DNA of 64,000 nucleotides, taken from an uncultured Porphyromonadaceae bacterium (GTDB lineage Bacteria > Bacteroidota > Bacteroidia > Bacteroidales > Muribaculaceae). Shown here piece by piece: positions 36,511 through 45,130 of this stretch (the first letter of the stretch is position 1; each line of letters starts with the position of its first letter). The notes under the pieces are model-generated. The model did not search any database. It was not told where the DNA came from and saw nothing but the letters and a program-made list of their open reading frames with translations. Location: NCBI GenBank assembly GCA_900555715.1, contig USMC01000001.1, forward strand, positions 107,128 to 171,127, given 5' to 3'. The position numbers and the translations under genes were made by a program.

Positions 36511-38838
36511 TTAAAAATGCAGGCGGAAGTCGGATGAGGCGGAGCCGCTGATTGTGAGGCGGATGGCGCGGAAGGGACGGGATAGCAGGGGCAGCACGAG
36601 AGGACCGGCGACGCTTCCGCTTCCGCTGATGGCGCAGCGCTTTATCAGCCACGGACGCGCCGTGCCTGCCGCGATGCCTTCGACGGTTATTTCGCCGTCG
36701 AACGCCGACGCCTGCATGTCGATGCGGATCTTGTTGATATGGCACAGATCATAGTGCGCGGGGACGATTATCCGTCGATGCTCAATCTGCTGGCGACTGC
36801 CGGTAGTTTCTTCTCCGATGAGGTAGATGCCGGAATCGGACACGGCGCATGCCGCGTCGCCGCACTGTGCGAAGCGGCTGATGCCAAGATCTTTCCGCAT
36901 AGATACAAAGTCGGTGGACCCGCCTTCGAATACAAGCGTGTCGCCTTCGGCTGTGCGTGCCCACAGTTCGTTGCGGCGGACGTTCCACGCCACCGACGTG
37001 TAGCGTCTGTCCGGGTCGATGACAGTGGCGCCGCGCGAGCCGAAACGAAGGAGACCGCCGTCGGCGATGGCGAAGAAGCCGTCTTTACCGTCGGAGCAGA
37101 TGCAGCCAGTACCGGTGATACCTCTGTGGTTGAGTGTTCTGAGCGATATCCTGCGGAAGTCGTGCGACACTCCTGCCGAAAAGATTTCCGACGCCGTTGC
37201 GGCTATGAAACGCGAGCGTCCGAACTCCCACGACTGTTCCGCCGTCGTCCTTGCAGCGAGTGCTGTCACATATCCCGGGGCTTCGCTAAGCGCTGCGATG
37301 GCAAGCGGATTTGCCGACGGTGCAAACGCCAGCATTGGTGAAAGTGCCTCCGAGGCGTCCGGAAATGTTAATGTCTGTTCAGACGACACTACAGGAAGCT
37401 CCGTCGCGTCAAGATCGGGCGAAACATATATTGAAAACCGTCCCGAATCGTCAGGCGACAGAGCGAAACTTCCACGCCGCACAGTGCCGCCGCTGACAAC
37501 CTGCACTGTCATCCCGACGGCGTCGGGCGACGGGTAGCAGAGCAGGGGCGACAGCGCTGTGAAAGCGCCCGATGTGCCGCTCTCGCTGCGCACGACGCCT
37601 TTGCCGTTGCGGAAGCGCACTGCAACAGTCGCCGTCCACGCCTGCCCTGCGACGATCCTTGCTGCGAACGACGACGGCATATAGCCTCCGAAGGGAATGG
37701 CGGTGATGTTTGCCCACATCGTTGCTGATGCGCCGGCAGCGCCATGTGATGCGGTGAAGGCGTTCGGCATCGTTGTCAGGACGAATTCGCGGCGTAGCTT
37801 TTCAGCCGGCTTTGCGAGAGTCCGGGCAATTTTCATTGCATCTGTCTCCGGGTCGGGCTGCGAGGGGATGTCGAGCGTGATTTCGCGGTTTTCGGCAAAG
37901 GGGTCGTTCACCGACGCTATGCATGTCTCAAGTCTGTCGAGGCGTGCCACGGCGTCGCGTACAGTTTTCTGTGAATTCTGACTGAAAGCTTTGACGAGTC
38001 CACGCTGACGTCCGGGAAGGGCTATGCGCGCGAAGACGTCTGTTGCTGACGCATAGCGTCCGTAGAGCACCGGTGAAGGCAGATTTGTGTCGAACGGATG
38101 GAATAGCGGTGTAAGCAGCACATCGAGTTTTGCCGCACGCTGCCTCGCGGAATTGTCGGCGCGGAGCGACAGGGCGAGTTTCCATGTCGCCGCCTCGACG
38201 GTATATTCGTTCACTGTCTGACCGTCGGAGGAATAGACTGCATGATAGTCGCAGAATTGTGCGCCGCCGTCGGGCATCAGAAGAACAGGCTGCGACACGA
38301 AGAGTGTACTGCCGTCGTGCCCCGCCAGCCTGTAACGTGCTATTGCCGGCTGGATGGCGCTCCCTGCGGCGGAAGATTGCGAGCACAGCCTGCGGTAGGC
38401 ATTGCAGAAATCGTCGGTCAGAGCTTTCTCGTCGCTCTTTTTCAGCGCGCCCGAGCTGATGCCGGAAGAGAGGTGGCGCCGGGGCACTGTGGCACTCAGC
38501 CGGTTCGCCGCCACGGCACGCATGCCGACAGCCGGGAATGAGGCATCCGGTCGGGTGGTGTACAGCACGTTCCCCTTCACACTCAGCTCAACGGCTCCGG
38601 AGCCGGTCATAACAATAAACGTACTGTCGTCTTTTGCGACAATGCAGCGCACTGTCGCACCGACATTCGTTGAGTTGTCGGGGCTGCCGAGGGCTACTTC
38701 CCTGTCTTTGAAAGCGAGTATACTGCCTCCGACTGTTGCTACAGGCGTCCAGCCTTTAAAATCGGCAAGAAGCAGAGGATTGGCGCACGGCACGAGCGCA
38801 TCGCCGTCGCGTCTGAGATTGATGTTGTTGATTTCCAT
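36511..38838 (-). CDS. large hypothetical protein (no recognisable motif)
   Basis: 776 aa from MEINNINLRR. Codon usage is GC-rich and host-like. The protein is Ala/Ser/Gly-rich. No signal peptide or NTP-binding motif was seen. Confidence 0.5.
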   Translation of the reverse strand: MEINNINLRRDGDALVPCANPLLLADFKGWTPVATVGGSILAFKDREVALGSPDNSTNVGATVRCIVAKDDSTFIVMTGSGAVELSVKGNVLYTTRPDASFPAVGMRAVAANRLSATVPRRHLSSGISSGALKKSDEKALTDDFCNAYRRLCSQSSAAGSAIQPAIARYRLAGHDGSTLFVSQPVLLMPDGGAQFCDYHAVYSSDGQTVNEYTVEAATWKLALSLRADNSARQRAAKLDVLLTPLFHPFDTNLPSPVLYGRYASATDVFARIALPGRQRGLVKAFSQNSQKTVRDAVARLDRLETCIASVNDPFAENREITLDIPSQPDPETDAMKIARTLAKPAEKLRREFVLTTMPNAFTASHGAAGASATMWANITAIPFGGYMPSSFAARIVAGQAWTATVAVRFRNGKGVVRSESGTSGAFTALSPLLCYPSPDAVGMTVQVVSGGTVRRGSFALSPDDSGRFSIYVSPDLDATELPVVSSEQTLTFPDASEALSPMLAFAPSANPLAIAALSEAPGYVTALAARTTAEQSWEFGRSRFIAATASEIFSAGVSHDFRRISLRTLNHRGITGTGCICSDGKDGFFAIADGGLLRFGSRGATVIDPDRRYTSVAWNVRRNELWARTAEGDTLVFEGGSTDFVSMRKDLGISRFAQCGDAACAVSDSGIYLIGEETTGSRQQIEHRRIIVPAHYDLCHINKIRIDMQASAFDGEITVEGIAAGTARPWLIKRCAISGSGSVAGPLVLPLLSRPFRAIRLTISGSASSDFRLHF

Positions 38839-38915
38839 TGCTGTATATATTGCTGAGCCGCAAAAATACAGCAACGGTACAGGCGGCGGACCCTTAATTG
38901 CCGCCGTGAGGAAAT

Positions 38916-40172
38916 TTAACCTTCCGCTCCTGTGGGAAGCCAGCGGAAGAGGCGGTCGGCGGGACGTATCTTGCCCGGCACGCGGATTGAGATGTTGTCG
39001 CCTTTGACGGCTTTTTCGGCTGGTTTGCCGTCGACACGCAGCTCGTCGATTTTTATGATGACGGCGCCTGTTGTCGGACCGGTGATTATCACCTCGTCGC
39101 CGACATTGAGTTCATGCCCTTCCATCAGGAACTCTCCCACGCCGAGCTTGGAGAACCATTTGACGCCTTTGGCGACATACTGCTTTACGCGCGTGGCGCT
39201 GGAGCCGTATTTGCCCGACCATTCGCCCAGACGCTGCCCCAGATAGTAACCGTCCCAGAAGCCGCGGTTGAAAATCTTTGCCAGACGTGCATCCCACTGC
39301 GCAACTTTCTCTGCGCCGTAGCTGCCGTCGCAGATAGCCTGGAGGGCTTCCGAATAGCATTCGACAGCAGTAGCCACATACTCCGGACCGCGGGCGCGCC
39401 CTTCGATTTTGAACACGCGCACGCCGGCGTCGACCATGCGGTCGAGGAAGTGGATGGTCTTGAGGTCCTTGGGCGACATGATGTATTTGTTGTCGACCTT
39501 GAGCTGGTCGCCGGTCTCAAGGTCAGTGACCTCATAGCCGCGACGGCATATCTGTGTACAGGCACCGCGGTTGGCGCTGGAGTTCATCTGGTGAAGGCTG
39601 AGGTAGCATTTGCCGCTCACCGCCATGCACAGCGCGCCGTGGCAGAACATCTCAATGCCGACAGGCTCGCCTTTGGGACCGGTGATGTTTTCGGAGTGTA
39701 TGGTGTCGTAGATGTGGCGCACCTGCTCAAGATTCAGTTCGCGGGCGAGCACGACAACGTCGGCGAACTGTGCGTAGAAGCGCACAGCCTCCGTATTGGA
39801 TATGTTGCACTGCGTGGATATGTGAACTTCTACTCCATGACGGCGGCAGCAGCTTATCGCCGCGATGTCGGAAGCGATTATAGCAGAGATGCCCGCTTCG
39901 GCGGCGGCAGAAACGATGGCGTCGATGCGGCTGAGGTCGTTGTCGTAGACAATAGTGTTGACTGTCAGGTAAGTGCGCACGCCGTGTTCGTTGCATCGCC
40001 CTACAATTTCGCGCAGGTCGTCGAGGGTGAAGTTAGCGCTTGAGCGTGAGCGCATGTTGAGTCCTTCTACACCGAAATAAACTGCGTCGGCGCCGGCGTT
40101 GATGGCGGCGGCAAGGCTTTCGAAGCTCCCGACGGGAGCCATGATTTCAAAATCGCTTCTCTGGTAGGTCAT
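38916..40172 (-). CDS. peptidase U32 family protein
   Basis: Motifs ADAVYFG, E...C-rich region and FKIEGRARGPEYV, plus a C-terminal U32 beta-barrel extension. Confidence 0.9.
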   Translation of the reverse strand: MTYQRSDFEIMAPVGSFESLAAAINAGADAVYFGVEGLNMRSRSSANFTLDDLREIVGRCNEHGVRTYLTVNTIVYDNDLSRIDAIVSAAAEAGISAIIASDIAAISCCRRHGVEVHISTQCNISNTEAVRFYAQFADVVVLARELNLEQVRHIYDTIHSENITGPKGEPVGIEMFCHGALCMAVSGKCYLSLHQMNSSANRGACTQICRRGYEVTDLETGDQLKVDNKYIMSPKDLKTIHFLDRMVDAGVRVFKIEGRARGPEYVATAVECYSEALQAICDGSYGAEKVAQWDARLAKIFNRGFWDGYYLGQRLGEWSGKYGSSATRVKQYVAKGVKWFSKLGVGEFLMEGHELNVGDEVIITGPTTGAVIIKIDELRVDGKPAEKAVKGDNISIRVPGKIRPADRLFRWLPTGAEG

Positions 40173-40253
40173 GGGAGGATGTTCAAATATAAGCACAACA
40201 CATCCGACCTTCCGTAAGGGGAGGTCGGAATGCTGCTGTATTCTTGCTGCTTG

Positions 40254-40649
40254 TTATTCGCCCTGTGCGGGAGTTTCGGCAGGAGCTTCTGCTGCGGGTG
40301 TCTCTGTTGCAGGGGCTTCGCTTGCTGCGGGAAGTTCTGCTGCGGGAGTGTCGAAACCGCCGGCGGGAGCCACGGGAGCTGCCTCGACGGGAGCTTTTGT
40401 GCGAAGACCTGCCGCATTGCTCGCTTTGGGCATTGTGAAGGCGGAGAGGATGGACAGCACTACCAGAGTGCCTACGAGTGTCCATGTGGCTTTCTCAAGG
40501 AAGCTGTTGGTCTGACGGACGCCCATTACTGCGCCGGCGCCGCCGAACTGCGACGACAGACCGCCGCCTTTGGATTTCTGAATCAATACGATGCCGATGA
40601 GAAGAAGGGCAACGATTACTGTCAAAACGATTATGACAATGTAAAACAT
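40254..40649 (-). CDS. secG: preprotein translocase subunit SecG
   Basis: LLIGIVLIQKSKGGGLSS...LEKATWTLVGTLVVLS is typical of SecG. It carries an Ala/Pro/Glu-rich C-terminal tail. Confidence 0.85.
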   Translation of the reverse strand: MFYIVIIVLTVIVALLLIGIVLIQKSKGGGLSSQFGGAGAVMGVRQTNSFLEKATWTLVGTLVVLSILSAFTMPKASNAAGLRTKAPVEAAPVAPAGGFDTPAAELPAASEAPATETPAAEAPAETPAQGE

Positions 40650-40656
40650 ACTTTTA

Positions 40657-41445
40657 TTATTTTTTGATAGCCGCCTCGGCAGCGAGCTGCTGCAGTCGGC
40701 GCTGATTTATAATCAATTTTTGCAGGAAACGCAATTGGTCTGCAAAGTAAGCACTTTTTTTTGGAAATTTCAAGGATAAACCCGAGATAATTTCAAAAGC
40801 GCGCTCATATCGCCCTTTGCGGATGAATATTTTAGCGAGACTTTCCGACAGAAGGCTGTCGTCGTGAGTTTCGGGACGGCTTACCGGGGTGTCGGACGGC
40901 TCCGGAGGGGTATCGGCGACAAGGGGCTGCGCTCCCGGATGATTTTCGCGGATGAAGGCATTTATGAGGGCCTCGTGCGAGCCTTCCGGGGCCTCGTCGG
41001 CGGCGGGGAGCTCTGTCTGCTCCTGCCGTGCGAGCAGTTCGGCATAGTCGGGAGTCGGGTTGAATATCATCCGCTCGAGCTGGCGCTCCTCTTCCGGGGA
41101 GCAGTTGCCGTAGGTGCGCAGGAAGATGTCGATTACGTCGTTCGTGTCCTGCTTATCGGGCGCTTCTGCCTCGGGATAGAAGCGTGCCCAGTCATCGCCG
41201 TATTTCGCGAATGCCACTGTGCGCCTGTCGGAAGAGCATAGAGCCACCGCCTGATTCAGCTCTTTGCGTCTGGCGTTGTCGAGCGAGTCGCCGCCGTGGC
41301 GCAGAAGAAGCACTGCGGCGGTGACGAAATAAGGTTCGCGCGCGAGAAGTCCATGCAACGCTTCCGTGTCGGCGGCATCGGCCGGCGCGCCGTCAGGCAG
41401 CGACATTACGCGCCGTATGAGTTCTGTGAGTTCGCTCTGCTCCAT
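40657..41445 (-). CDS. hypothetical protein
   Basis: 262-aa ORF tightly packed between secG and a lipoprotein gene. No motif was recognised. Confidence 0.5.
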   Translation of the reverse strand: MEQSELTELIRRVMSLPDGAPADAADTEALHGLLAREPYFVTAAVLLLRHGGDSLDNARRKELNQAVALCSSDRRTVAFAKYGDDWARFYPEAEAPDKQDTNDVIDIFLRTYGNCSPEEERQLERMIFNPTPDYAELLARQEQTELPAADEAPEGSHEALINAFIRENHPGAQPLVADTPPEPSDTPVSRPETHDDSLLSESLAKIFIRKGRYERAFEIISGLSLKFPKKSAYFADQLRFLQKLIINQRRLQQLAAEAAIKK

Positions 41446-41978
41446 TACCAGTTTCCTAAAGTAGCGTTGAAGATGAGCTCGACAAGTTCTTTCGATATTT
41501 CCTCGCAGAGCTGATCCTGAACATCGGTGAGCATTTCTGTCGACGGAAAGTCGCGGTAGGCGCTGAACGTCTGGTCGACGTCTTTGCCTTCGGCTTTGGT
41601 GTCGGTGTATTTGAGGCGCACGGTGATGGTGAGGCGCGTCATGGATGCCAGAGCGTTCTCCGTCACCGCCTGCGGCGAAAGGTTGTAGCCTGTTATTTCG
41701 CCTTCGAGCTGCAAGTCGGCGTTGCCATCGGTTGTCTGCAGGCGTGTGTTCTTGGTGATATAGTCGAGAAGCTGATTTTCGAACATCTGCTGCAGCGGCG
41801 GATAGACGAGCGCCGCACGGATGGGAAATTCCGATACGTGCACAGTGCGGTAGACGGTATAGTCGAGCGCCGAGCCGTTGAACTTATAGCTTATGCGGCA
41901 TCCGGCGGGTGTCAGCAGTACAGCCGCTACGGCTACCGTCATTAATATGTGTTGTCTGATATTCTTAAGAAATCGCAT
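41445..41978 (-). CDS. LptE-like lipoprotein
   Basis: Lipobox LLTPAGC. Size and neighbourhood suggest the LPS-assembly lipoprotein family. The assignment is tentative. Confidence 0.4.
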   Translation of the reverse strand: MRFLKNIRQHILMTVAVAAVLLTPAGCRISYKFNGSALDYTVYRTVHVSEFPIRAALVYPPLQQMFENQLLDYITKNTRLQTTDGNADLQLEGEITGYNLSPQAVTENALASMTRLTITVRLKYTDTKAEGKDVDQTFSAYRDFPSTEMLTDVQDQLCEEISKELVELIFNATLGNW

Positions 41979-42171
41979 GTTGATAATTGAGCCTGTCCGC
42001 GGCTGCGGACGTTTCATCCTGCAAAGAAAACGATTTTTGCCGACTTCTCAAAATTTCATCAGCGCCGTCGTTGCCGTTTTTTGCTTTTTCTGCGATATGA
42101 TTTGCACATTCGGAAATTATTCTGTTACTTTGCCGTCGCTGAGTGGACGCTCGGCATATCAGTCTAACAAA

Positions 42172-42747
42172 ATGCACAGTCAGGACAACAACACCAATGA
42201 CAAAAACCGGCAATTTTTCACACGCGCCTACAAGCTATACTATGCAAAGTGTGTGATTTTCGCCCGCTCCTACACTCATTCGCAAGCGCACGCCGAGGAC
42301 ATTGTGGCAGAAGCCATGATGGTGCTGTGGACGCGTCTGGAGGATGGTGAGGAGATAGAGCTGCCGCTGCCTTTCCTCATGCGTGTTGTCCGGAACAAGA
42401 CTTTGCAATATCTGCGCCGCGAGATGTTCAAGAGTCAGATGATCGACAATGTCAGCAGCGACTCCGAAGCAGAACTCCGTCTGCGCCTGTCCTCGCTCGA
42501 GGAGTGCGACCCAACAGAACTCTATTATGCCGAAGTGAAGCAGATTCTCGACCGATCGCTCGAAAACATGAACGAGCGCACGAGGAATGTATTCGAGATG
42601 AGCCGCTTCCGGCGCATGACGAATGCCGAAATAGCCGCCGAACTCGGCATAAGCGTCAAAGGTGTGGAATACTATATCACCCGTGCGCTAAAGCGTCTCC
42701 GTCACGACCTGCGCGACTACCAGCCTATCCTTGCGTTTTTTCTATAG
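42172..42747 (+). CDS. RNA polymerase ECF-type sigma-70 factor
   Basis: Sigma region 2 (AEDIVAEAMMVLWTRL) and region 4 HTH (MTNAEIAAELGISVKGVEYYITRALKRLR). The start was moved to MHSQD because the listed ORF runs through upstream non-coding sequence. Confidence 0.8.
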   Translation: MHSQDNNTNDKNRQFFTRAYKLYYAKCVIFARSYTHSQAHAEDIVAEAMMVLWTRLEDGEEIELPLPFLMRVVRNKTLQYLRREMFKSQMIDNVSSDSEAELRLRLSSLEECDPTELYYAEVKQILDRSLENMNERTRNVFEMSRFRRMTNAEIAAELGISVKGVEYYITRALKRLRHDLRDYQPILAFFL

Positions 42748-42780
42748 GAATACTCATTCATTATTTATCTATAACACATC

Positions 42781-43944
42781 ATGTCACGTTTCCTTATTCT
42801 ATTACTATGTGCTTTTCTGTGCCTCGGCGTCCGCGCCAGCGGCGATGAAGCTCTTCCTTTCAGTATCGATTCCCTGCCGCGCGAGATTCTTTCGGGTCCG
42901 CAGAGCCACGGTCATGTGCAGGGTATCGTGGTCGACACGGAGAACAAAGCTGTCTATTTTTCTTTCACCACCTTCCTGCTCAAAACCGATTTCAACGGCA
43001 ATCCCGTCGGGAGTGTCAACGGTCTGACGGGGCATTTGGGTTGCCTTACCTTCGACCGCGGTGCTAACCGCATCTACGGTTCGCTCGAATATAAAAACGA
43101 CGCCATCGGAAAAGGTATCCTCCGCAACACATCGCAAGAAGGAGCTACAAACCGCGACGGATTCTATATCGCCATCTTCGACGCCTCTAAGATCAACCGC
43201 ATGGACATGGATGCGGAAGCCGACAGCGTGATGACGACGGTCTATCTCCGCGAAGTCGTCGACGACTATCTTGCCACAGTCGATGCCGGCGGACGCACGG
43301 TAGAGCACCGCTGGGGCTGCTCGGGCATCGACGGCGTCACTTTCGCGCCCGCTCCGGGCAGCAAGAACCGCGACAAGCTCTTCCTTCATGTCGCTTATGG
43401 CATCTACGCCGATACTACGCGCACCGACAACGACCATCAGGTGATTCTTGCCTACGACACGCGCGACTGGCGCCGGTATGAAACACCGCTCAATCAGAGC
43501 CGTCCGCACACTAACGGTCCGCGCAAGCCTGCGCACAAATATTTTGTCTACACAGGCAATACCACATACGGAATCCAGAATCTTGCCTACGACCCGCATA
43601 GCGGCGACTGGTTTGCCGCTGTCTATAAAGGTGTCAAGCGCGGTATGCCCAACTACGACCTTTATGTTGTCGACGGCAGTGCCAAGGCTGTAAAAAAGAA
43701 TATTGCGGGCAGCTACGAAACCTGCAAGGGCGAACAGTTGTTGCTCAAAGACGCCGGTCTGCTCGACGAGACGACCGGTCTGCGAGGCTGGCGCTTCCGC
43801 TATGGCGCTACCGGCATCTGCCCCATAGGCGGCGGATATTTCTACATCTCGCAGAACTACAAAATCGACCGCCGTCAGGCATCGCGCCTGCGCCTCTACC
43901 GCTGGACCGGTGACGCCTCGTCCCCCTTCGAAGAGGTGGAATAA
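42781..43944 (+). CDS. hypothetical secreted protein
   Basis: Signal peptide MSRFLILLLCAFLCLGVRASG, 387 aa. No motif was recognised. It lies between the ECF sigma and FecR genes. Confidence 0.6.
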   Translation: MSRFLILLLCAFLCLGVRASGDEALPFSIDSLPREILSGPQSHGHVQGIVVDTENKAVYFSFTTFLLKTDFNGNPVGSVNGLTGHLGCLTFDRGANRIYGSLEYKNDAIGKGILRNTSQEGATNRDGFYIAIFDASKINRMDMDAEADSVMTTVYLREVVDDYLATVDAGGRTVEHRWGCSGIDGVTFAPAPGSKNRDKLFLHVAYGIYADTTRTDNDHQVILAYDTRDWRRYETPLNQSRPHTNGPRKPAHKYFVYTGNTTYGIQNLAYDPHSGDWFAAVYKGVKRGMPNYDLYVVDGSAKAVKKNIAGSYETCKGEQLLLKDAGLLDETTGLRGWRFRYGATGICPIGGGYFYISQNYKIDRRQASRLRLYRWTGDASSPFEEVE

Positions 43945-43977
43945 AAAGCAGTTTTGAAATAAACATAATTATATATT

Positions 43978-44012
43978 AGCTGTCAGTTTCGGCGACTGAC
44001 AGCTGTTTTTTT
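43978..44012 (+). terminator. rho-independent terminator
   Basis: Stem agctgtcagt/actgacagct with loop ttcggcg, followed by gttttttt. Confidence 0.7.
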
Positions 44013-44109
44013 GATATTTTTGGGCAAAATGTGTAAAAATTTTTTAAGTTTGCTTTAGGGTAGCCGCAGCTTTGTGGAACTTATTTAAACGGCGACCCCA
44101 ATAAATGCC

Positions 44110-45054
44110 ATGACACAGGAAAGACTATACAAGTATCTACGTGGTGAGACCACCGGTGCAGAGCGTGAGCAAATCATATCTTGGCTCAACGCTTCGCCTG
44201 AGAACATGCAGACATTCCGGACCCTCCGGAGCGTCTACGACGCCATACTGTGCGGAAAAGAGGATCTGAAACTCGACCCTAAGGTCACCAGGCGCCCGTC
44301 GCGCTTTGCCCGCCGCCTCAGATATGCGGCGGCTGCGGCGGTTATGGCGCTCTTCGCCGGTCTGTCGGCACAGATGTATCTCAACCGTCCGGAGCCCGTT
44401 GTCGTATCGCGCGGCAGCGTCGATGTTATCGCTACCGGTCCCGGTCAGCGCTCCGAACTTACCCTTGCCGACGGCACGCATGTCTGGCTGGGTTCCAACT
44501 CGAAACTTCACCTGTCGCCCGACGGCGACTCGCGCCGTGTGGCACTCCGCGGCGAAGCATTTTTCAATGTCTCCAAAGACAGTCTGAATCCGTTCATAGT
44601 CGATGCCGGCGGAAGAAGTGTCACAGTCTACGGCACAGAATTCAATGTCAGCTCCTATCCCGGTTCCGACGAGATGAGTGTCCAGCTTTATCGCGGTTCT
44701 GTCGCAGTGACAGACTCAGCACGTGCGCGCACCGTGGCACTTGTCCCCGGGCAGCAAGTTTGTTTTACTCCGAAAGACTTTTGCGTCAACGAATTCGACA
44801 CTATCGAGGGCTCGCCGCTATGGATACGCGGTATCCATGCATTCCAGAACAGTACATACACCGAAATACTGAGCACGATGAGTCTCGTTTTCGATGTCCG
44901 TCTCACCGTCCGCGGCAAATGGGCGCACTCCCAGAGGTGCACAGGCAAATTCCACGAGGCGGACGGCGTTGAAAGCATGCTCGGCACATTGCAGACCATC
45001 AGAGACTTCAAATACGAATGGGATCCCGACACACGACAACTTATCATACACTGA
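44110..45054 (+). CDS. FecR-family anti-sigma factor
   Basis: The N-terminus YLRGETTGAEREQIISWLNASPENMQTF, a single TM (AAAAVMALFAGL) and a periplasmic FecR/DUF4974 region. It sits immediately upstream of an STN-domain SusC. Confidence 0.8.
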   Translation: MTQERLYKYLRGETTGAEREQIISWLNASPENMQTFRTLRSVYDAILCGKEDLKLDPKVTRRPSRFARRLRYAAAAAVMALFAGLSAQMYLNRPEPVVVSRGSVDVIATGPGQRSELTLADGTHVWLGSNSKLHLSPDGDSRRVALRGEAFFNVSKDSLNPFIVDAGGRSVTVYGTEFNVSSYPGSDEMSVQLYRGSVAVTDSARARTVALVPGQQVCFTPKDFCVNEFDTIEGSPLWIRGIHAFQNSTYTEILSTMSLVFDVRLTVRGKWAHSQRCTGKFHEADGVESMLGTLQTIRDFKYEWDPDTRQLIIH

Positions 45055-45130
45055 CCTGCTCCTAAAACAATCATTATCTAAACGACAACACACAGAACAA
45101 CAAACATTTTTATCAACATAAATAAACCTT

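Noticed and set aside
39114-40043. 309-aa plus-strand ORF antisense to the U32 peptidase gene
   Set aside because: Shadow frame within a well-supported minus-strand gene.
41893-42171. N-terminal extension of the ECF sigma ORF (listed ORF starts at 41893)
   Set aside because: The extension overlaps the 5' end of the divergent lipoprotein gene and upstream non-coding sequence. The conserved sigma region 2 begins shortly after the internal Met at 42172.
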